From: Acaryochloris marina S15
Lineage (GTDB): Bacteria > Cyanobacteriota > Cyanobacteriia > Thermosynechococcales > Thermosynechococcaceae
Direction: 5' to 3'
DNA: 32,000 bases
NCBI RefSeq assembly: GCF_018336915.1
Contig: NZ_CP064927.1
Coordinates: 30,001 to 62,000 of the forward strand
Below the pieces are notes generated by a model. It saw nothing but the letters and a program-made list of their open reading frames with translations, was not told the origin of the DNA and made no database searches. A program made the translations under genes and the position numbers. Each line of letters opens with the position of its first letter. The first letter of the stretch is position 1. Below, piece by piece: positions 23,235-30,974 of the stretch.

Positions 23235-25652
23235 TTATGACTTCTTACACATTGAGGGATCTGATGAGGTGTGTGTAGATTGAGTCTTAGTTTTTGTGAT
23301 CAGGACTGTTTTGCCATTATCTTTAGTCCATCCAGTTGCTTCCACTATTGGGTTCTCTATTGGCGGTGGGGCAGTCTGCGATTTGAATGCTAATTGGAAG
23401 GTAGGAATACCCAGTATCGAATCTGTTTCTGCAAAATGACTGGGTTCTACTTGCAAAGCACCTGGCCCCATAGCAACGAATTTACTGTCTCCAGTGGAGG
23501 GGTTGCAGTCTGAGATGAGTTGAGGTGGACGCTCAACATCTGGTTTAGGTGCAGTTGTCTCTTCAGCTCCGGTTTCTTCGACATCAAGGTTGATATTGCC
23601 ATCTAACTGAAGTCCGGCGTCCGAAGATACGCTGAATTCCACCTTGGGGCCAAATATAGCTGCTTGGGCTGTGATTGAAATATTTCCCCCTTGACCTTTC
23701 TCTGCCTCCGCAGTAAAACTGCTTTCTCCTATAGCTACAACTAAATCAGAGATGGCTGTGATATTTCCTCCCGTGCCTTTTTGGGTGGCTGATGCTGTAA
23801 TTGAGCTGTCTTTGAGTAAGATGAAGTCAGCAAAAATAAAGACATTACCACCCTCACCACCAAAAGTTGCTGCACTAATGAGACTATTGTCCTCAAGGGC
23901 AATAATGTTTGCAGAAATCTTCAGCTCTCCAGCATCGCCAGTGCCTTCATTACGGGCAGATAACTGCCCCCCATACTTGAGAAGTAGCCGGGGAGTATTG
24001 ATGGTGACACTTCCAGAATCTCCACTGGGAAGTGGGGGAAGTTTAAGAAGCTGTCGAAGTACCGGATCTACTTGAATGGCGTTAGCGGCAATTGAGCTAG
24101 GTAGACCCATTCCAGAACTACCACGAATTTCAATATATTCATGGGCATTTATTTCCAATTTGCCACTATTCCCTGAACTTGAAATCGAAACATTAACTTC
24201 TCCGCTGTCTTCTAGGATTAACTTAGAGGTATTAATCACTAAATTCCCGGAACTTCCTGATCCAAGACTTGCAGATGATAGGTTACTTGGTTGCATAAAT
24301 ATAGGCTCAAATCCGGTCACCTCGACTAAATCAGCAAAAACCGAAACCTTACCACCATCCCCTCTGCCAAAAGTAGCAGAAGATAAACGTCCGCCTTGAC
24401 TAATTGATAGTTGAGAAGTAGAGATATTGATATCTCCAGCCTTACCCGAACCGAAAGTAATAGTATTAATAACACTGACTCCTAAAGGATTGATTGGTGA
24501 GGTCCCTTCAAGATCCAGGTATTTGGAGGCTTTAATCGATATTTTTCCTCCATCAGTTGAGGAAAAAGTTCGAGAGGATAATCTACTCCCATCGCGTACT
24601 ACTATGGCGGGAGAAATTAGGGTGATTGGAGCGCCAGAGCCTGAATTAGTCGATTCAGAATATAGTCCTGAAGCCAATATTTCAGGCAATGAGGCATCGC
24701 CGATATCTATTAATTCTGTTGCGACTACTTTTAGTTCCTTGTCTGCGACTACTCCTTGGTTGTTCATCAAAGCCGCTGAACCCTTTAGGAACTGAATATT
24801 TCGCCCATGTACACCGATTAATGCACCACCTTGTCCAGTCGTTTCAAGTAGTGATCGGTTTGTTAAAGTGATTTCCCCAGTAGACCCTCGATCATAGATG
24901 AAAGACCTTTGGGTGTTAGAGGTGTCAAATTTCACCTGACTTTGTTTAACACTCCCTATCTCAATTCGACCTCCAGGGGCACGGATAATACCACCATCTA
25001 AAAAAACATCTCCACCTACCAAGGCAAGAGTTTTACCTGGCAACACTTGCAAGCCTCTGGGGTTATCCTTTCCCGATACAGGAAAAAATAGGTTAGCAGA
25101 AAGTTGATGTCCACTATTAGTAACGCGAATATTCCCAGGATTACTACCTAACTGAATACCTACGGGTGTTGCTACCGTCAGTAGGGGAGGAGATTGAGGG
25201 GATAAAGCGCTGAATTGCATTCCATCAACAAATTCAATGCTATTTGCAGTAGTTCCTAGAAAAGAGCCACCGATATCTAGTTGAGCGTTCGTGCCAAATA
25301 CAATCCCATTAGGATTTAAGAGAAACAAGTTAGCAGTACTATTGGCCTTAAGGATACCGTCAATACTCGATATCGACTTGCCCGTAACACGACTAAAAAT
25401 GTTTTGGATATTGGCAGCATTTTTAAAATAAGCTGTTCCACCTGTTGGCACAGAAAAATTTTGGAAGCTATGGAAAAGATTTCTTCCTCTCACAGAACCA
25501 TCCTCAATAAGGAATATATTTCCTTGATTAGTGACGCGAGAATTAACAGAGCGATCTGGAACAATTTGCCCTTGAGCAGATGTTGTCCCTAGTAGACTTA
25601 GCAAAATTACTGCTATAGCTGTTTTTTGCAGTGAAAACTCTAGGATTTTCAT
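23235..25652 (-). CDS. TPS-domain (filamentous haemagglutinin N-terminal) beta-helix exoprotein, TpsA-like
   Basis: The ORF track places a TTG start at 25667. I prefer ATG at 25652 (MKILEFSLQKTAIAVILLSLLGTTSAQG|QIVPD), which gives a signal peptide. The TPS secretion-domain motifs are NLFHSFQNFSVPTGGTAYFKN, NIFSRVTG, IDGIL and ANLFLLNPNGIVFG. Repetitive G/S/N-rich beta-helix repeats follow. The gene ends 6 nt before the CHAT gene's start. Confidence 0.85.
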   Translation of the reverse strand: MKILEFSLQKTAIAVILLSLLGTTSAQGQIVPDRSVNSRVTNQGNIFLIEDGSVRGRNLFHSFQNFSVPTGGTAYFKNAANIQNIFSRVTGKSISSIDGILKANSTANLFLLNPNGIVFGTNAQLDIGGSFLGTTANSIEFVDGMQFSALSPQSPPLLTVATPVGIQLGSNPGNIRVTNSGHQLSANLFFPVSGKDNPRGLQVLPGKTLALVGGDVFLDGGIIRAPGGRIEIGSVKQSQVKFDTSNTQRSFIYDRGSTGEITLTNRSLLETTGQGGALIGVHGRNIQFLKGSAALMNNQGVVADKELKVVATELIDIGDASLPEILASGLYSESTNSGSGAPITLISPAIVVRDGSRLSSRTFSSTDGGKISIKASKYLDLEGTSPINPLGVSVINTITFGSGKAGDINISTSQLSISQGGRLSSATFGRGDGGKVSVFADLVEVTGFEPIFMQPSNLSSASLGSGSSGNLVINTSKLILEDSGEVNVSISSSGNSGKLEINAHEYIEIRGSSGMGLPSSIAANAIQVDPVLRQLLKLPPLPSGDSGSVTINTPRLLLKYGGQLSARNEGTGDAGELKISANIIALEDNSLISAATFGGEGGNVFIFADFILLKDSSITASATQKGTGGNITAISDLVVAIGESSFTAEAEKGQGGNISITAQAAIFGPKVEFSVSSDAGLQLDGNINLDVEETGAEETTAPKPDVERPPQLISDCNPSTGDSKFVAMGPGALQVEPSHFAETDSILGIPTFQLAFKSQTAPPPIENPIVEATGWTKDNGKTVLITKTKTQSTHTSSDPSMCKKS

Positions 25653-25690
25653 TATTTCAGAACTCAAGTATGTATTCTCTAGTTCAATTT

Positions 25691-27157
25691 TTAGATAGCG
25701 AATGATGAGGGGAATTCACGACGATGAAGAATCTCATTAAAATCTTCCCATTCTTTTTGTTCCCAGGGAGTGGATTTCATCGTTGCTGCTTGAACTTTTT
25801 CCATGAAAGGTCTGCGAACTTTCTCATACTTGTTAAATGCATCGGCGATCTTATTTTTATTGTCTAAGCTATTTTCTTGAATCAGCTTAGTAATTTCGGT
25901 AGCAATAAATGCAGCATCTTCTAGTCCTTGATTCGCGCCTTGAGCTATGAAAGGAGGCATTGCATGAGCAGCATCCCCTAGTAAAACTATACGCCCGTGA
26001 CTCCAAGCAATTTGAGAATCAACCGGGGTAGTCACTGGATGAATGTAATATAGGCGATGAATTATTTTTTCAGGATTCGATAAACGTAACAGCTTTGTGC
26101 AAATTGAAGGAAAATCACCATTTTTCAATGCCTTTACTCCTAGTTCAATAAGCTCAGATGGTGATTTATCTTTCCAAGAATCCAAGTCTATAGAAGCATG
26201 GAGTAAATATCCAATAGTGTTATCTGGTCTTCGCATCAAGACCAGACGTAATTGCTCTAAATCTTGGGAATCTAACTTGATAGAATTATTATGAAGGGTT
26301 ACAAATGGATCTCCTTGAAAGCATTTAGCCTTCAGTTCTTCAATCATTGAAATCGGTATATTATTTATTCCAAAACAACCAATAGCAGCAACACCGGAAT
26401 ATTGAGGTTGTGCCCATTGCCTTAAATCTGTTTTGGAATAAAGCAATTGTCGAATTGTTGAATTAACACCATCTGCTGCAATCACTAATTTGGCATATAA
26501 CGATTTTTGGTGGTCAGATTCTTGATTGGCTTGAGTCGAGTCGGAAGGATTTACATTGGATGGCATCATTTCCCAATGAGCAAATGGATTACGTGAGGTT
26601 GATGCATCTGAAATCGTATTGACTTGCACCCATCCATCTTCTTCCTCAACATGAACGCAACGATGGTTTGCTTGAACAATATCTGGAGGGAGCAAATTTC
26701 TCAATGTTGTTTGTAAGTCAAACCAAGATAAAGAAACTCGTCCCTCTCCATAGCGCTCAAACCAACTTTCAAAATCCGTAGGAATCGAAAGAGTAATTTC
26801 ACCTTGTAAGTTTTTTTGAATCCATTTTCCTTTCTTAGCTGCTGGCTTCTCTTTTTTAACCTCGTTTGGGCTACTTGAAGACTTCTTTTCAACTGGAAGC
26901 TGATGTGCTTTTGAAGCTGTCTCCTTGATTTTCTCGTAGGCTTCTGAATCGGTATACTTAATTGCTTTTAATCCATTGGGTAATAGATCAACAACTTGCC
27001 CAACTTTACGAAATTCACTGGCTTGATCGATGACGAGGATATTTGTGATGCCTCTCTTTCGTAAGCCAATCGCTGTTGCCAAGCCCACTGGACCTGCACC
27101 TACAATCAAGACATCATAAATTTTCTGTGGAGAACCTGAACCACTGATATCAGTCAT
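25691..27157 (-). CDS. FAD-dependent aromatic-ring monooxygenase (UbiH/salicylate-hydroxylase class) with a Lys/Ser-rich insertion
   Basis: 488 aa. The dinucleotide-binding motif is DVLIVGAGPVGLATAIGL. The FAD/substrate motif is LLGDAAHAMPPFIAQGANQGLEDA. An unusual low-complexity insert, EKKSSSSPNEVKKEKPAAKKGKW, is present. The gene lies 23 nt upstream of the TPS-domain gene on the same strand. Confidence 0.9.
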   Translation of the reverse strand: MTDISGSGSPQKIYDVLIVGAGPVGLATAIGLRKRGITNILVIDQASEFRKVGQVVDLLPNGLKAIKYTDSEAYEKIKETASKAHQLPVEKKSSSSPNEVKKEKPAAKKGKWIQKNLQGEITLSIPTDFESWFERYGEGRVSLSWFDLQTTLRNLLPPDIVQANHRCVHVEEEDGWVQVNTISDASTSRNPFAHWEMMPSNVNPSDSTQANQESDHQKSLYAKLVIAADGVNSTIRQLLYSKTDLRQWAQPQYSGVAAIGCFGINNIPISMIEELKAKCFQGDPFVTLHNNSIKLDSQDLEQLRLVLMRRPDNTIGYLLHASIDLDSWKDKSPSELIELGVKALKNGDFPSICTKLLRLSNPEKIIHRLYYIHPVTTPVDSQIAWSHGRIVLLGDAAHAMPPFIAQGANQGLEDAAFIATEITKLIQENSLDNKNKIADAFNKYEKVRRPFMEKVQAATMKSTPWEQKEWEDFNEILHRREFPSSFAI

Positions 27158-27199
27158 GGATATAAATATTTTATTGAGTTTTAAAACAGAAAGGGGACG

Positions 27200-27697
27200 A
27201 TGGAACCAGAAATAAGCAGCTATTCCCCTGCAACCTCATGTACCGAACGATACCACTTTTCGGAGACGACTTTGCGATCTCAACATTCCCTCAAACTGAC
27301 CATCAGCCTCACTCCCGAACACCTTGGGTTTCTCGCTTACACATTCCCCAACGAAGATCCTGAAGATGCCCTGATCAAACTCCTCGATAGCGCACGAAAC
27401 CGAGCCATTCGCAGAGCAGAACAGCAAGTGAGAGTCCTACATCCAGGCCAAGAAGGAAGCAAAGACCAATCCGTGAGCCTAGTTGATGATGTGGTGGAGA
27501 ATCCGATCGGTGAGTTACAGGAGTTATGCCAGCATCAGCAAATCTCAATGCCCAGGTACGAGTTCGAGGAAATTTCGGAGGGGTTTCGTTGTATGGCACA
27601 GGCGATGGGATTACGGGGAGTTGGCGAGGGTACATCGAAGAAAGAGGCGAAAGCGGAGGCTGCGAAGAGACTGCTTGGCAAAGCTGCTCCAAATTAA
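27200..27697 (+). CDS. Small protein with a C-terminal double-stranded-RNA-binding domain (dsRBD); the N-terminal region may be RHH-like
   Basis: 165 aa. The C-terminal ~65 aa are NPIGELQELCQHQQISMPRYEFEEISEGFRCMAQAMGLRGVGEGTSKKEAKAEAAKRLLGK. This matches the dsRBD pattern P...LqE.cq....P.Y......F...v.v.g...GeG.SKKeAe..AA..lL. The N-terminal LKLTISLTPEHLGFL...ALIKLLDSARNRAIRRAEQQ is strand-helix-helix-like. The start is uncertain: the divergent intergenic gap to the monooxygenase gene is only 42 nt. Confidence 0.6.
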   Translation: MEPEISSYSPATSCTERYHFSETTLRSQHSLKLTISLTPEHLGFLAYTFPNEDPEDALIKLLDSARNRAIRRAEQQVRVLHPGQEGSKDQSVSLVDDVVENPIGELQELCQHQQISMPRYEFEEISEGFRCMAQAMGLRGVGEGTSKKEAKAEAAKRLLGKAAPN

Positions 27698-27770
27698 GCT
27701 TTCCCCTGAAATCCCCCAGACCATATCCCCAAAAGCTACACTAAACCAGCCTTAGCACTGGATATCTGCA

Positions 27771-28391
27771 ATGCCTCCCCAACTCATTTCCCTGAAGTCC
27801 AAGCCACCAGCCGACCTCCCGGTGAAACCCTCGACAAACACCGAAGCACCCCCCGCATACCCAGACAAGACATCATTCCCGACCATCGACCGGAAAGACG
27901 ATCTGCCAGTGAAGCGCAAGGCGACTCCACAGCCTGAAGACGATGATCGCATCACTGAACCCACTCCCAAATACGACCGCAGCGAACCCACCGACACACG
28001 AAGAACACAGCGAGGGTATTCAGCTCGGCAAACACCAGGAAGAGTCCGACCCCCCAGAGTATCCAGAGACTTTGAGTCCAAATTCCACGCACTTGAGAAG
28101 CGTCAAAAGACTCTGATTGAGCAGACCAAGCAAAAGGGGCAGCTTGAGTATCTGACCGTTTCCCAAAGCAGTTCAGGGAAGTATTGGATCACCGTCGAGG
28201 GCAGCGGCAAGCCCTTCATCAGAATTTCGTTTGAAACGCCTGAATTTTGCTTTGAGTGTGCCTTGGAATTAGAAGACACATTCGATGTGTTGCAGGTTTT
28301 GAGTCTGCGGCCAGGGGAAACCATTGAACGGATTGAGGAGATGATCGGGGTGTGGTTGGATCGGGAGCGGGTGGCGAAGGCTTGGGGTTGA
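27771..28391 (+). CDS. Hypothetical protein (Pro-rich disordered N-terminus, ~110-aa C-terminal globular domain)
   Basis: 206-aa ORF with an ATG start. It lies in the same GC-richer block as the dsRBD gene. I recognise no motif. Confidence 0.5.
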   Translation: MPPQLISLKSKPPADLPVKPSTNTEAPPAYPDKTSFPTIDRKDDLPVKRKATPQPEDDDRITEPTPKYDRSEPTDTRRTQRGYSARQTPGRVRPPRVSRDFESKFHALEKRQKTLIEQTKQKGQLEYLTVSQSSSGKYWITVEGSGKPFIRISFETPEFCFECALELEDTFDVLQVLSLRPGETIERIEEMIGVWLDRERVAKAWG

Positions 28392-28491
28392 TTAGGGGAA
28401 GCTATTGGACGACTTGAGAATTAGCAAGCAACTCAGTTCGAGCGTTATTCCATGTGTGTACTTAGCTAAAACCTTTGACCTGCAACATCCC

Positions 28492-29022
28492 ATGAAAACA
28501 CGAATCATTCAAAAACATCTCAGGAGCTGCTCGAAAGATGAACTCATAGAGATGTTTTTAGAACTGGCTAAGGATAATGCCGCCGCTGAACGTTTCTTAA
28601 ACTCAAAAGTTGGCATCACAACCTCAGACCACAACTTTGATGAATACAAGGCGTATGTTCGCTCTGAATTTTTCCCTGTTGGGGATCATGGAGGTGGCAA
28701 CCCATCAATCGCATATCAGATGGTTCAGAAAGTCGAAGCAGAAGCAACAAGTTCTAATCAGGTGATTAATTTCATCTACTTTTGTGTTGAGGCAGGTGTG
28801 GAGTATACACTGGCCTACGGAGATATCGATGAGAAATTCTATATGGCATTTGAAGATTTGTTTGAACGGGCGGCCAAACTAGCATCTAAAAATAGATTGC
28901 AAGATAACTACTTTTCTCAGGCAAAGAATATTGTCCGAAGTACTTCTGAAATGGGTTGGGGCTTCCATGATGAGCTTTCACGAATCTTCAAAAAGTACTT
29001 TATATCTGCGAAATATAGCTGA
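28492..29022 (+). CDS. Hypothetical protein
   Basis: ORF track 28405..29022 (TTG start). I prefer the in-frame ATG at 28492 (MKTRIIQKHLRSCSKDELIEMFLELAKDNAAAERFL...). The protein looks helical, and I recognise no catalytic motif. Confidence 0.5.
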   Translation: MKTRIIQKHLRSCSKDELIEMFLELAKDNAAAERFLNSKVGITTSDHNFDEYKAYVRSEFFPVGDHGGGNPSIAYQMVQKVEAEATSSNQVINFIYFCVEAGVEYTLAYGDIDEKFYMAFEDLFERAAKLASKNRLQDNYFSQAKNIVRSTSEMGWGFHDELSRIFKKYFISAKYS

Positions 29023-29206
29023 GTAGCTGAGTTTATCATCATGCTGTTCGTCGTTTTTTGATGTTTCAATTTCCACACTCTTTTTATAATTGCTAAGATC
29101 AAGTGCTGCCCTCCTCAAGCCTTGAAATTATTCAGAAAGTGAACAAGACAAGAAAATAGTGACTTTAACTTTCATGACAACAGAATATTCTTGGGCAGAA
29201 AATCAA

Positions 29207-29632
29207 CTATTGAAGATACATTGCTGAGCTATTAAAAGCGTCTTCTGGTGTGCCCTGAAAAGTACCGTTATTGAACACACAAGGCTCATACTTGTTGTTA
29301 CTGTAGGTATAAAATGCCATTGCCCACTTTTCCGCATCGCCACTGTAGCGCAAGCGGCACAGATGGATCGGCACTGTCCTCAAAAACTCAATCCGCTCTT
29401 CCCGCGTGCAGCCATAGAATTCCTCGTTAAAATTCTCCGCTGGTACCTCGGGTTCTAAGTAGGCATCGATATAGCAAAACTTGTCTCGAAAGCGCACGTC
29501 AATCCGATTGTATTTGCCAGCATAATGCTCTGCCGCATAGGCCAGTATGCGCTGTTTGATCGACTCTTTCAGTCGAGTTGGAATTTTCATGCCGCCTGAA
29601 TGCGGATCGTATACCCAGGATGCCATTGCCAA
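29207..29632 (-). CDS. Hypothetical protein
   Basis: 141-aa ORF (MAMASWVYDPHSGGMKIPTRLKESIKQRILAYAAEHYAGKYNRIDVRF...). The composition looks globular. I recognise no family. Confidence 0.5.
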   Translation of the reverse strand: MAMASWVYDPHSGGMKIPTRLKESIKQRILAYAAEHYAGKYNRIDVRFRDKFCYIDAYLEPEVPAENFNEEFYGCTREERIEFLRTVPIHLCRLRYSGDAEKWAMAFYTYSNNKYEPCVFNNGTFQGTPEDAFNSSAMYLQ

Positions 29633-29688
29633 AACGCCTACTCGTCGATATTTAATAAGATTAGGTCATCACGACTTGGATCATAACC

Positions 29689-30873
29689 GGCAACTGATTT
29701 CGGGTTTTAATCCAGTTGATCTGACAAATCGGCTGTTTAACCTAACATGAATAACAAAGAAAGAAGAAACAGGCAATTGCATCACCTCACTTTGAGAATT
29801 CACCCCATAATTCCGTTTTCTATGCATGAAAAACTGGATCTCAGTTACAGAGACCTCTAGAATTTATAGATTTCATATTGAGCTTACCCTTGGCAAAAAT
29901 GCCGAAGATTGATCATCGTGTATGCCAAGCTTTTCAGGGCATAGTGCAACTTACTGATCCACTCGAATCGCAGTAGCAAGCGCTTGAATTTATCCTCCCA
30001 GGCAAAGACTCGCTCAATGGTATTGAATCTTTCTTGGAAGATGGATGAATCGAACAGCCTTTTTGGACCTGGCTTTGGCGTCTTTCTCCCCCGAAGATTT
30101 TCATTGATATTTGGCACCATCCTTCGATTGAAAATGGCCTTGCGATTCTCACGACTATCGTACACGCCATCCAAGCTGACGACAGTCCCAATCAAGTCTA
30201 TACCTATGGTTCGGGCTGTACTCATTACTTGCGTCAGTGCCGTTTTGAATAGAGGTGACTCGTTCCGGTTACCAGGAGCAGTGATAAAGGGAGAGATCAC
30301 ATTGCAATTGCGATCACAAAAGGCAACCACTTTGTCACCCTTCATGTGCTTGTGTCCACTGAATCCCAGATTGTCGCCCCCTTTCTTGGCTGCAGTGGTT
30401 GTCCCATCTCCATGAATAATGCTGGCATCCAACTTTCCTTTTTCATTAAGCATTGAGACTGACGCCTTGAAAATGTCTTCAAAACACCCATGGGTTTCAT
30501 AGCGTCGAAAGGCTCGATAAACACTGGAGTGGTTAATTTCCGGTCGCCCATTTTTGTCCTTTTCAATGGGTAGCTCACTCCACTGACATCCCAAGTGCAG
30601 CAACTTCAAAATGTAGTTGAAGATGGCATGCAAAGAGAGCTTTGGTTGAGGTCCCCGAGTGCCGATGTGCAAATGGGGTAAGACAAATGTCTCAAACTGC
30701 TCAAGGGTTAAGAATGTTGGAATCCATTTATAGGGCTTAGTTTGAGGCATCTGCACTCCTAACGAACGGTAAACTAAATGACTGGCGTCATTTTAGTCTG
30801 CAACGATAGAAGGCTATGCAGGGAAGGGTTTTAGGTGATCTGAACCATGGAGTAAAACCCGAAATGAGTTGCC
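29689..30873 (-). mobile_element. IS4/IS5-superfamily insertion sequence (~1.19 kb) with 25-bp terminal inverted repeats
   Basis: The left IR is GGCAACTGATTTCGGGTTTTAATCC (29689-29713). The reverse complement of the right IR is GGCAACTCATTTCGGGTTTTACTCC (30849-30873). They match at 23 of 25 positions. The element encloses one DDE transposase gene. I saw no flanking direct repeat. Confidence 0.8.
29884..30750 (-). CDS. DDE transposase, IS4/IS5 superfamily
   Basis: The ORF track places a GTG start at 30756. I prefer ATG at 30750, which has GGAG 6 nt upstream (MPQTKPYKWIPTFLTLEQFETFVLPHL...). The N-terminal HTH-like region includes HSSVYRAFRRYETHG. The DDE region includes IIHGDGTTTAAKKGG, VVSLDGVYDSRENRKAIF and NTIERVFAWEDKFKRLLLRFE. 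Confidence 0.85.
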   Translation of the reverse strand: MPQTKPYKWIPTFLTLEQFETFVLPHLHIGTRGPQPKLSLHAIFNYILKLLHLGCQWSELPIEKDKNGRPEINHSSVYRAFRRYETHGCFEDIFKASVSMLNEKGKLDASIIHGDGTTTAAKKGGDNLGFSGHKHMKGDKVVAFCDRNCNVISPFITAPGNRNESPLFKTALTQVMSTARTIGIDLIGTVVSLDGVYDSRENRKAIFNRRMVPNINENLRGRKTPKPGPKRLFDSSIFQERFNTIERVFAWEDKFKRLLLRFEWISKLHYALKSLAYTMINLRHFCQG

Positions 30874-30974
30874 AAATGCCAAGGAACCAGTGTAATTTTT
30901 CCTAAAAAGAGAGAATAGCACGGTAGAGCTAGACTTGAGTACAGTCATTCTTTTTTCTAAGGAAATTGCGGGAT

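Noticed and set aside
23752-24795. Three consecutive plus-strand ORFs of 107-122 aa inside the TPS/beta-helix gene
   Set aside because: They lie antisense to a strongly supported 805-810-aa gene. Repetitive G/S/N-rich coding sequence typically leaves long open antisense frames, and I recognised no motifs in them.
20781-27157. Looked for a TpsB/FhaC/ShlB-type transporter partner of the TPS-domain protein
   Set aside because: No ORF in the window shows POTRA or beta-barrel features. The gene upstream of the TPS gene is an FAD monooxygenase. Absence from this window does not mean absence from the replicon.
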